From NCBI GenBank assembly GCA_019120475.1, contig DWVA01000175.1, forward strand, positions 1 through 49,941: a DNA stretch of 49,941 bases, written 5' to 3'. Shown here in pieces: positions 28,924-36,956 of the stretch. A model generated the notes under the pieces. The model was not told where the DNA came from and searched no databases. It worked only from the letters and a program-made list of their open reading frames with translations. The position numbers and the translations under genes were made by a program. Numbering within the stretch: position 1 is the first letter of the stretch; the number at the start of each line of letters is the position of its first letter. The DNA comes from Candidatus Blautia intestinipullorum (GTDB lineage Bacteria; Bacillota; Clostridia; Lachnospirales; Lachnospiraceae).

Positions 28924-29772
28924 ATGATTTTCAGGATAGCAAAAGTATTAAATCACAATTCATTTATTGGTATTGATGATGGAAAGACAACAGAATATCT
29001 TGTGATGGGAAAGGGCGTCGCTTTTGGCAAAAAGGTAAGCCAGACAGTGGAAACAGGCCAGGACGTAAGGGTATATTCTCTGAATGAGCTGACAGAACGG
29101 GGAGAGGCCCGGGACATTATCAGATCGGTGCCTCCGGAGTGCCTGGAGCTTGCCGGAGAGGTGCTGGACCGGGCGGAAAAAGAATTCGGAGAACTGGATC
29201 GTTCCATTCTCTTTCCCATGGCGGATCACATTGCTTTTGCCGTCCGCCGTATCCGGAACAAAGAACAGATCAGCAATCCTCTCACAGAGGATATCCGCGT
29301 TCTGTTCCATAAAGAATACAAGGTGGCGCAGTGCATGGAGGAGCTCCTCCGAGAGCGTTTTCACCTGGAAATCGACGAACACGAGGTGGGATACATTGCT
29401 CTTCATATCCATTCGGCCATTGTGGATGAAAAAGTTTCCCAGGCCATGCAGATGGCCCGGTCGGTGAGAGAGTGTATCTCCCTTGTGGAAAAAGAAACGG
29501 GAAAGAAGATAGACGTAATGTCGCTTTCCTACAACCGTCTTATGAATCATGTGCGCTACATGGTAGCAAGAGCCGTCAGCGGGGAAAAGCTGAAGGTGAA
29601 TATGAACGATTATATGGAGGTCAGATTTCCGGAGGCATACAAAGCCTCCCGGCAGATCTGCCGGGAAATGGAAAAGAATCTGAAGCTTCCTTTTAACGAG
29701 GTTGAAATCGGGTATCTGGCTATGCATCTGGAGAGGGTAATGGATACGGAACTTCAGGAAAAAAATGCATAG
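28924..29772 (+). CDS. BglG/LicT/GlcT-family PRD antiterminator
   Basis: CAT domain KVLNHN..VMGKGVAFGKK; PRDs with DHIAFA, YIALHI, NHVRY, YLAMHL. Confidence 0.92.
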   Translation: MIFRIAKVLNHNSFIGIDDGKTTEYLVMGKGVAFGKKVSQTVETGQDVRVYSLNELTERGEARDIIRSVPPECLELAGEVLDRAEKEFGELDRSILFPMADHIAFAVRRIRNKEQISNPLTEDIRVLFHKEYKVAQCMEELLRERFHLEIDEHEVGYIALHIHSAIVDEKVSQAMQMARSVRECISLVEKETGKKIDVMSLSYNRLMNHVRYMVARAVSGEKLKVNMNDYMEVRFPEAYKASRQICREMEKNLKLPFNEVEIGYLAMHLERVMDTELQEKNA

Positions 29773-29777
29773 AAGAA

Positions 29778-29806
29778 TTTACATACAGGGAAAAATGTAT
29801 TATTAT
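29778..29806 (+). promoter_or_regulatory. Internal promoter for ptsHI
   Basis: TTTACA-17-TATTAT. Confidence 0.5.
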
Positions 29807-29838
29807 TAGAATAATAAAAAGAAAAGGAGATTACTACT

Positions 29839-30096
29839 ATGAAAACATTTGACTACACCATTAAAGATGAGCTGGGAATCCATGCGAGACCTGCAGGTCT
29901 TCTGGTAAAAGAAGCGAAAAAATTCTCTTCCGAATGTACCATTACAAAAGATGGGAAGACAAAAAAACTGACTCAGTTAATGATGCTTATGTCACTTGGA
30001 GTAAAGAACGGCGATACGGTTACAATCTCAGCGGAAGGTGATGACGAAGATACTGCTATTGAAGCGCTGAAGGACTTCTTTGAAAAGAATCTGTAA
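29839..30096 (+). CDS. ptsH: Phosphocarrier protein HPr (His15 present, Gln at position 46)
   Basis: GIHARPA motif; 85 aa; adjacent to ptsI. Confidence 0.93.
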   Translation: MKTFDYTIKDELGIHARPAGLLVKEAKKFSSECTITKDGKTKKLTQLMMLMSLGVKNGDTVTISAEGDDEDTAIEALKDFFEKNL

Positions 30097-30114
30097 TTAC
30101 AGGAGGGATAAGGT

Positions 30115-31743
30115 ATGCAGTGTTTCCAGGGGAAATCCGTATATAAAGGGATTGTCCTGGGACCGGTAGTGGTTCTGCGGAAGAACGATTATCAGGTAAA
30201 GAGGACAAAAACAGAGGATCCGGAAGCAGAGATCGGGCTTGTGCAGAAAGCGATTGAGGATTCAAAGGAGCAGCTCCAGAAGCTGTATGACAAGGCTTTG
30301 AAGGAAGTAGGAGAGGCAAGCGCCGCAATCTTTGAGGTGCATCAGATGATGCTGGAGGACGATGATTATCTGGACGCCATCCAGAACATGATCCGCACAG
30401 AAAACATCAATGCGGAATACGCGGTAGCGGTAACAGGAGACAACTTCTCCGAAATGTTTGCCTCTATGGATGACGATTATATGAAAGCCCGCGCGGCGGA
30501 CATTAAAGATATTTCCGAGCGTATCGTACGAAACTTAAGCGGACAGGGCGATACAGATCTGAGTTCCATAGAACCGTCTGTGATCGTGGCGGATGATCTG
30601 ACGCCCAGCGAGACTGTCCAGATGGATAAGGAAAAGATACTTGCCTTTGTCACGGTTCATGGTTCCACCAACTCCCATACGGCGATCCTTGCCCGTATGA
30701 TGAATATTCCGGCGCTGATCGGCGTACCCATGGATCTGGAGCAGCTTGAGAACGGAATGACGGCTGTTGTGGACGGGTTCAAAGGCGAGGTGATCTTTGA
30801 TCCCGATGAGGAGACCCGTGAAGCCACTCTTAAGAGGATGCATGAAGAGGAGGAGAAACTGAAACTTCTTCAGGAGCTTAAGGGCAAGGAGAACGTTACC
30901 CTCGACGGACATAAGATCAATATTTACGCCAATATCGGAAGCGTCAGCGACATTGGCTATGTGCTTGAGAATGATGCGGGCGGCATCGGGCTTTTCCGCA
31001 GCGAATTCCTGTATCTGGGAAGAGATGACTTCCCTACAGAAGAAGAGCAGTTTCAGGCATACCGTCAGGCTGTGCAGATGATGGCCGGAAAGAAAGTGAT
31101 CATCCGTACTCTTGATATCGGTGCGGATAAACAGGTGGATTATTTCAATCTGGGTAAAGAGGACAATCCTGCTCTTGGCTATCGCGCGATCCGTATTTGC
31201 CTGAAACAGCCGGATATTTTTAAAACACAGCTTCGTGCGCTTCTGCGCGCCGCTGTCTATGGAAATCTTTCCATTATGTATCCGATGATCACTTCAGTGG
31301 AAGAGGTAAAACAGATCTACAAGATCGTAGGTGAAGTAGAGGCGGAATTAAAGGAGAAAGAGATCCAGTACAGGATTCCGGAACAGGGAATTATGATCGA
31401 GACTCCGGCTTCTGTAATGATCAGTGACCGTCTTGCTGAAATTGTAGACTTCTTCAGTATCGGAACAAACGATCTGACACAGTATACGCTTGCTATTGAC
31501 AGGCAGAATGAAAAGCTGGATGATTTCTACAATCCTCACCATGAAGCGATCCTGCGCATGATCCAGATGGTAACGGACAACGCCCACAAACATGGTAAAT
31601 GGGCTGGCATCTGCGGCGAACTCGGCGCGGATACAGAGCTTACGGAACAGTTTGTCCGCATGGGACTGGACGAGCTTTCCGTAGCGCCTTCTATGATTTT
31701 GAAACTGCGCAAGATCGTGCGTGAAATGAAGGTCGAAGAGTAA
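30115..31743 (+). CDS. ptsI: PTS enzyme I
   Basis: SHTAILAR, GIGLFRSEFL, RTLDIGADK, NPALGYRAIR, SIGTNDLTQY, GICGELG. Confidence 0.97.
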   Translation: MQCFQGKSVYKGIVLGPVVVLRKNDYQVKRTKTEDPEAEIGLVQKAIEDSKEQLQKLYDKALKEVGEASAAIFEVHQMMLEDDDYLDAIQNMIRTENINAEYAVAVTGDNFSEMFASMDDDYMKARAADIKDISERIVRNLSGQGDTDLSSIEPSVIVADDLTPSETVQMDKEKILAFVTVHGSTNSHTAILARMMNIPALIGVPMDLEQLENGMTAVVDGFKGEVIFDPDEETREATLKRMHEEEEKLKLLQELKGKENVTLDGHKINIYANIGSVSDIGYVLENDAGGIGLFRSEFLYLGRDDFPTEEEQFQAYRQAVQMMAGKKVIIRTLDIGADKQVDYFNLGKEDNPALGYRAIRICLKQPDIFKTQLRALLRAAVYGNLSIMYPMITSVEEVKQIYKIVGEVEAELKEKEIQYRIPEQGIMIETPASVMISDRLAEIVDFFSIGTNDLTQYTLAIDRQNEKLDDFYNPHHEAILRMIQMVTDNAHKHGKWAGICGELGADTELTEQFVRMGLDELSVAPSMILKLRKIVREMKVEE

Positions 31744-31767
31744 TTTTGTAAATTATATGATCAGGAT

Positions 31768-31806
31768 AAAAAACCTCCCGGAAGCGGTATGCTTTCCGGG
31801 AGGTTT
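31768..31806. terminator. Bidirectional terminator
   Basis: AAACCTCCCGGAA/TTCCGGGAGGTTT between convergent genes. Confidence 0.8.
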
Positions 31807-31822
31807 GGCGTATATAGAAATT

Positions 31823-33250
31823 TTATTTCTCGTCAACGTATGCGGACGGCGCGGGAGCAACTCCACGGCCCCACTCGATGAAGTTTACGATGAAGAATAC
31901 CACAACGCTGACCGCGCAGCCGAATACAACGGGCAGGATTCCGAACTTGAATCCGCCGCCGCTTAAGAACTGCCAGAAGCAGAAACCGATGGTTCCGCCG
32001 ATCAGTGAGATGATACCGGAGTTTCTGGTGGCTTTCGGTACGATCAGTCCCAGACCATAGGCGGCGAAAGGACCGGCGCAGCGGATACCGAAGGCGAAGG
32101 TGTTCATGGTTACGATAGGAACACCGGCCATGGAAATGATCATGGCGATCACAGCGGATACAACATTGCAGGCCCTGGTATATGTAATAACCTGCTTGTC
32201 GGTGAGTTTCTTTCCGCCGTATTTCAGGTACAGATCGTTCATGAGCATGGTGGACATGCACAGAAGATTGGAATCCGCAGAGGACATTGTTGCACAGATG
32301 ATCGCGGCGGAAATAATACCTACTACAAATCCGGGTGCGTGAGCGGAAGTAACAGCCATCATGGCATTGGCGCCGCCGTCTGCCAGATCCGGCATGGTCG
32401 CCAGTGCGGCAAGGCCCAGCAGCGTGGGGAAAATAGACATTGCAGCCATAAGAACTGCGGAGAGCCATGCTGCGCTTTTTGCTGTTTTTTCATCCTTGGC
32501 AGTTTCAAAACGTGATACCATTTCGGGACCTGCCAGGAAGGTACAGAAGTAATTGAATATGTAGCCGATGATCGTTACCCAGCCGATCTTTGTAAAGCTG
32601 AGCTGTACCGGCGGGAGCGCCGCGGAAATCGCGTCCCATCCTCCGCAGCCGTTAATAACGATAGGAGTGGCAACAGCCAGTCCTACCAGAATAATGGCGA
32701 ACTGAACAAGATCCGAAATCTGATCGGCGATCATTCCGCCGAAGGTAGTGTAAATAATGACAACGGCTCCGGCAATCACCAGGGCAACGTTTGTGGGGAT
32801 TCCTGTCAGACTCGCTACAACCGTACCGGACGCGGCGATCTGGGAGGAAGTCAGACAGAAAAGTGAAAGCACGCTTAAGATCGCTGTAAGGGTGCTGGAT
32901 ACGTGACCGAAACGGCGTCCTACGACCTCCGGGATAGTCACAGCCATGGTCTGGCGGATCTTCGGCGCGAAGTACGCCAGCGGTATCATTGCGATGGAAG
33001 CCGCGAGTACGTACCAGATGGCGCTCATTCCCCATTCACCGAAAGCCTTTTGCGCAAGGCCGGTGGTGGAACCGCCGCCGATATTGTTGGCGGAAAGGGA
33101 GAAGGCTACCATGAACAGGCCCATGCGGCGGCCTGCAAGCATATAGTCGCTGCTGTCCTTGATCTGGAGCTTGCCGACGATGAAACCGACAAGAAGCATA
33201 CCTACCAGATATGCGACTACAATGATAAGAGCTTGGGTTTGTAATACCAT
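31823..33250 (-). CDS. Sodium:solute symporter (SSS family), substrate unknown
   Basis: DYMLAGRRMG, TIPEVVGRRFG, YTTFGGM..SDLVQ, ATMSSADS; many TM helices; GGAGG RBS. Confidence 0.92.
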   Translation of the reverse strand: MVLQTQALIIVVAYLVGMLLVGFIVGKLQIKDSSDYMLAGRRMGLFMVAFSLSANNIGGGSTTGLAQKAFGEWGMSAIWYVLAASIAMIPLAYFAPKIRQTMAVTIPEVVGRRFGHVSSTLTAILSVLSLFCLTSSQIAASGTVVASLTGIPTNVALVIAGAVVIIYTTFGGMIADQISDLVQFAIILVGLAVATPIVINGCGGWDAISAALPPVQLSFTKIGWVTIIGYIFNYFCTFLAGPEMVSRFETAKDEKTAKSAAWLSAVLMAAMSIFPTLLGLAALATMPDLADGGANAMMAVTSAHAPGFVVGIISAAIICATMSSADSNLLCMSTMLMNDLYLKYGGKKLTDKQVITYTRACNVVSAVIAMIISMAGVPIVTMNTFAFGIRCAGPFAAYGLGLIVPKATRNSGIISLIGGTIGFCFWQFLSGGGFKFGILPVVFGCAVSVVVFFIVNFIEWGRGVAPAPSAYVDEK

Positions 33251-33275
33251 AAACCAGTCCTCCTTGAATTATAAA

Positions 33276-33290
33276 AATATTTTGAAAATT
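33276..33290. promoter_or_regulatory. Candidate CodY box
   Basis: AATATTTTGAAAATT, two mismatches to AATTTTCWGAAAATT, in an AT-rich leader (chance match possible). Confidence 0.35.
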
Positions 33291-33361
33291 ATAAAAAAAT
33301 TATAACTTATTTTAGAATAAAAGTAAATTGGTTTTTAAGTTTTGTACCTGTACAGATATTA

Positions 33362-33448
33362 ATAAAAAAGAAAGGATGCCGGAGTAACTGGAGCACTCCG
33401 ACATCCTTGTCTGATTCAGATGTTAACACATTAAAGTGTAAAATTCAA
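33362..33448 (-). promoter_or_regulatory. Promoter plus leader terminator with an ANTAR-like hexaloop, upstream of the SSS gene
   Basis: Minus strand TTGAAT-17-TAACAT, then GAC-AAGGAT-GTC overlapping the AAGGATGTCGGAGT..ACTCCGGCATCCTT-TCTTTTTT terminator. Confidence 0.6.
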
Positions 33449-33555
33449 GAGAAATATTCAAATTATGTCTGCTTTTATCATAGATTTATGAAAAGAGGAA
33501 GGCACCGGCGGCCGGTTTCGCATCAGGCTGCCAGGAAAAGATAGGAGGCGGACAT

Positions 33556-35304
33556 ATGGAAGACCAGAAAATGGATAATCTTCTGAATCTGGCGATAGAC
33601 TCCACGGAACGTGAGAGGCTGAAGTCGGGGAATCTGAACGTAGGATATACAGAAGAAACAAGAATGTGGGATATTGTGATAAAATACAGCGGAGAGATCG
33701 GGGCGCTGCTGGGAGAATGTGTGCAGGCAGCGCCTCTTCTGGGAGGATATGCGGTGGTAACTTTATCCGAGGCGCAGTTGGAAAGCTTTGTGTCGCAGCC
33801 CCAGATCGAGTTTGCGGAGATGCCGAAACGTCTCTATTTTCAGGTGGATCAGGGAGCGGAAGCAGGCTGTATCCGTTCGGTGCAGAGAGAGATGAACGGA
33901 GAGGCGGGGCTGTCCGGAGAGGGAGTGCTGATCGGGGTTGTGGATTCCGGAGTGGATTATCGTCATCCGGATTTCCGGAGGGAGGACGGAACGAGCCGGA
34001 TCCTGAAGCTGTGGGATCAAAGCGCGCCGGAAGAGAAGGGACGTCCGCCGGAAGGTTATTTTCTGGGAGCGGAATATGACGGGGAAGAAATTAACCGCGC
34101 CCTGGAACTTCCGGAAGAGGAGGGCAGTCTTTTGGTACCCCAGAGGGATCTCAGCGGCCATGGGACTGCGGTTCTGGGTATCGCCGCAGGAAATGGGCGG
34201 GCCTCTGGAGGCGTTTACCGGGGAGTGGCCTACAAAAGTGACATGATCGTGGTAAAGCTGGGGATACCGAGGGAAAATTCTTTCCCCAGAACAACCGAAC
34301 TGATGCAGGGAGTGGATTATCTGGTAAGACAGGCACTTGCTATGGGAAAGCCGATGGCAATTAATCTGAGCTTTGGGAATAATTATGGTTCCCACAGGGG
34401 AGATTCGCTTCTGGAAACCTATCTCAGTAATGTGTCGGATGTGGGACGTACGGTAATCTGTACAGGTACGGGAAATAACGGAAGCGACAGCCTTCATACC
34501 CAGGGGCGCCTGGGACAGGGAGAGACTGTGGAGATAGAATTCAGTGTCAGCGCCTATGAATCAGTATTAAATGTACAGTTGTGGAAGGGGTATACAGATG
34601 AGATGGAAATCTATCTGGAAGCCCCGTGGGGGCAGACGGCGGGACCTTTGTCCGAACAGCTCGGCGTTCAGAGATATATACTGGGAAATACGGAAATCCT
34701 GATTTATTACGGAAAACCGGGGCCGTTCCAGGTGACTCAGGAAATCTATTTTGATTTTATCCCACGGGAAACTTATATCGGAAGCGGGATATGGAAAATC
34801 CGTCTTCGGGGAAGAAGAATCAGAGAAGGCGGATTTTACCTGTGGATGCCGGGAGGCGGAGTGCTGAATCCGGGAACAGGATTTTATGTTCCGAAATCAG
34901 AAGAGACGCTGACGATCCCTTCTACCGCTGCAAAAGTGATCACAGCAGGCGCTTACGATTCCCGCCTGAATACCTTTGCGGATTTTTCCGGACAGGGCGG
35001 AGCGGGGCTGTCCTATCCCAAACCGGATCTGGCGGCGCCGGGAGTGGATATTACGGCTCCTGTACCCGGCGGAGGATACGGAAGTTTTACCGGAACTTCT
35101 TTCGCCGCGCCCTTTGTCACCGGGGCGGCGGCGCTTCTGATGGAGTGGGGGATCGTCCGGGAAAATGATCCGTTTCTCTGGGGAGAAAAGGTAAAGGCAT
35201 ATCTGAGGCGCGGCGCCCAGCCGTTGAGAGGGTTTGAGACATATCCAAACCCGGAGATCGGCTATGGGGTGCTGTGCGTGAAAGAGAGCATACCGAAAAT
35301 GTGA
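33556..35304 (+). CDS. S8 subtilisin-like protease, clostridial CspA/B/C (spore germination) type
   Basis: Intact triad VDSGVDY / GHGT / GTSFAAP, jelly-roll insertion, KPDLAAPG, C-terminal YPNPEIGYG. Confidence 0.88.
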   Translation: MEDQKMDNLLNLAIDSTERERLKSGNLNVGYTEETRMWDIVIKYSGEIGALLGECVQAAPLLGGYAVVTLSEAQLESFVSQPQIEFAEMPKRLYFQVDQGAEAGCIRSVQREMNGEAGLSGEGVLIGVVDSGVDYRHPDFRREDGTSRILKLWDQSAPEEKGRPPEGYFLGAEYDGEEINRALELPEEEGSLLVPQRDLSGHGTAVLGIAAGNGRASGGVYRGVAYKSDMIVVKLGIPRENSFPRTTELMQGVDYLVRQALAMGKPMAINLSFGNNYGSHRGDSLLETYLSNVSDVGRTVICTGTGNNGSDSLHTQGRLGQGETVEIEFSVSAYESVLNVQLWKGYTDEMEIYLEAPWGQTAGPLSEQLGVQRYILGNTEILIYYGKPGPFQVTQEIYFDFIPRETYIGSGIWKIRLRGRRIREGGFYLWMPGGGVLNPGTGFYVPKSEETLTIPSTAAKVITAGAYDSRLNTFADFSGQGGAGLSYPKPDLAAPGVDITAPVPGGGYGSFTGTSFAAPFVTGAAALLMEWGIVRENDPFLWGEKVKAYLRRGAQPLRGFETYPNPEIGYGVLCVKESIPKM

Positions 35305-35425
35305 AAAAAGAACGAACTTTCGCCCCTCTTTCTTGTAATTCCACAAAGAGAGTGCTACTCTTTTTAAGAGAATGTTACTGATTTTATAAAATTGTGTTAC
35401 AAAAGAGATCGGGGGAGAACGGCAG

Positions 35426-36439
35426 ATGATAATAAAGGACTCGGAAAACAAGGTTCACCGCTACAGCAATAAAACCAACTGGAAATCGAAACGCAGAAAT
35501 GAGATACTGAGACAGATCTTTCCAATGGCCGCTGTAGCAGCGGCTGCTGTGATCCTGGTCGCCCTGTCTTTTGTTCAAAAAAAAGAAACTGGCGAAACCA
35601 GCGCGGAACCCGCCATAGAATCAGAGACGGCTGAGGTGACAGAAGCACCGGAAGAACTGGTGGAAGAGCCTTTTGTAAATATTCTTGATAAAAACAATTA
35701 TGAGCTTTCTGTAACCTGGGACGGAGCAGTAAAAAAAGACGACTGGGAAGCGGTTCAGGCGGACCTGGAACAGGAAATCTCTGTGGTGGAGACAGCGGGG
35801 TATTCTGTGGCTTTTCTGCTGTATGATCTGGAAACAGGAGGAGGCATCAGCTATCACCCGGATGTGAAATATTACAGCGCCAGCGCTATCAAGGCTCCGT
35901 ACGTGGCATGGATGGTGCAGGCATATCCGGAAACAGCGGAAGAGTTTTATACGGAAATTGAAAACGCCATTGTCTGGTCCAGTAATGAAGATTATTTTAC
36001 CTTGATCAATAATTTCGGAAAAACAGAGTTTAATGACTGGGCAGCGGAAACGGCAGGCGAAGACGTATCGCTGTCGGAAGGCTCCTTCGGACCGATTGCC
36101 TGCAGGAATTTTACCAGGCTGTGGATAAATATTTACGACTATTTTACTTCTGGAAACGACACTGCGGAAATGATCCGCGATCTGTACAGCGGAACGGAGG
36201 AATCGGCTATTTACGAGACTCTTGGAACAAAATATACGGTATACTCGAAAGCCGGATGGTCTTTTGAGGGTGAGGACTCCTATTATACGGTGCAGAATGA
36301 CGCAGGGATCGTGATGAAGGGCTCCCATCCATATATTCTTACGATCTTAAGCGACGCATATGAGAAACTGGATCTTCTGGAATCGGTGGCAGAGGAGCTT
36401 GATATAGCTCATACAAAGCTGATAAGCCAGGAGAATTGA
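35426..36439 (+). CDS. Membrane-anchored serine hydrolase, class A beta-lactamase-like fold
   Basis: SxxK (SAIK), SxN (SSN), KAG, NDAGIV..PYILTIL; single N-terminal TM helix. Confidence 0.8.
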   Translation: MIIKDSENKVHRYSNKTNWKSKRRNEILRQIFPMAAVAAAAVILVALSFVQKKETGETSAEPAIESETAEVTEAPEELVEEPFVNILDKNNYELSVTWDGAVKKDDWEAVQADLEQEISVVETAGYSVAFLLYDLETGGGISYHPDVKYYSASAIKAPYVAWMVQAYPETAEEFYTEIENAIVWSSNEDYFTLINNFGKTEFNDWAAETAGEDVSLSEGSFGPIACRNFTRLWINIYDYFTSGNDTAEMIRDLYSGTEESAIYETLGTKYTVYSKAGWSFEGEDSYYTVQNDAGIVMKGSHPYILTILSDAYEKLDLLESVAEELDIAHTKLISQEN

Positions 36440-36463
36440 CAATTTTTTTTGAAAGGATCTTTC

Positions 36464-36520
36464 TGCCGGACGGCGCCGATGTCCATGACATGGCTCCATC
36501 CGGCAATTTGTCGTTTTTTG
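36464..36520 (+). terminator. Hairpin/terminator after the serine hydrolase gene
   Basis: TGCCGGA..TCCGGCA imperfect stem with a T-rich tail nearby. Confidence 0.5.
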
Positions 36521-36671
36521 GCGGGAAAAAGCCTACATTTTCCGGCTTAAAAAGAAGGGACGGCTGGCTTAAAATAGAAGCACAGCAAAGATATTTTGCA
36601 TGAGTCAGCTTTCAGAGGGGAAAGAAAGCGCAGACTTAAGAAACGGAAAATTTTATTGGGAGGTTATGATT

Positions 36672-36887
36672 ATGGCATTATCACTGGACAGCAAAATAAA
36701 GGATATATTAAGATCACCGGAGGGAAAAGCGGTTATGGAGAAATATGCTCCCGGTTCCACCAGCAATCCTTCTATGAAACTGGTCGGAGCGATGACATAT
36801 AGAAAGCTTTTGTCCTATCCGGAATCCGCAGATGTTGCAAAATTTGCGGATCAGATAGATGAAGATCTGAAAAAGTGTTCGAGATAA
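36672..36887 (+). CDS. Small (71 aa) helical protein of unknown function
   Basis: GGGAGG RBS; SLDSKIKDILRSPEGKAVMEKYAPG recalls C-terminal accessory domains of some glycoside hydrolases. Confidence 0.7.
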   Translation: MALSLDSKIKDILRSPEGKAVMEKYAPGSTSNPSMKLVGAMTYRKLLSYPESADVAKFADQIDEDLKKCSR

Positions 36888-36898
36888 AGAAGGAAAGA

Positions 36899-36954
36899 GC
36901 TGCAGCAGACGAAGATATTTTACTGCCCCCTTGCGTCTGCTGCGGCCTTTTTTT
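36899..36954. terminator. Terminator between convergent genes
   Basis: GCTGCAGCAGACG/CGTCTGCTGCGGC plus T7. Confidence 0.7.
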
Positions 36955-36956
36955 GC

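Noticed and set aside
35332-35402. CIRCE-like half site (GAGTGCTAC) and TGTTAC direct repeats
   Set aside because: The left CIRCE arm is missing and the repeat spacing does not match the WalR N5 pattern
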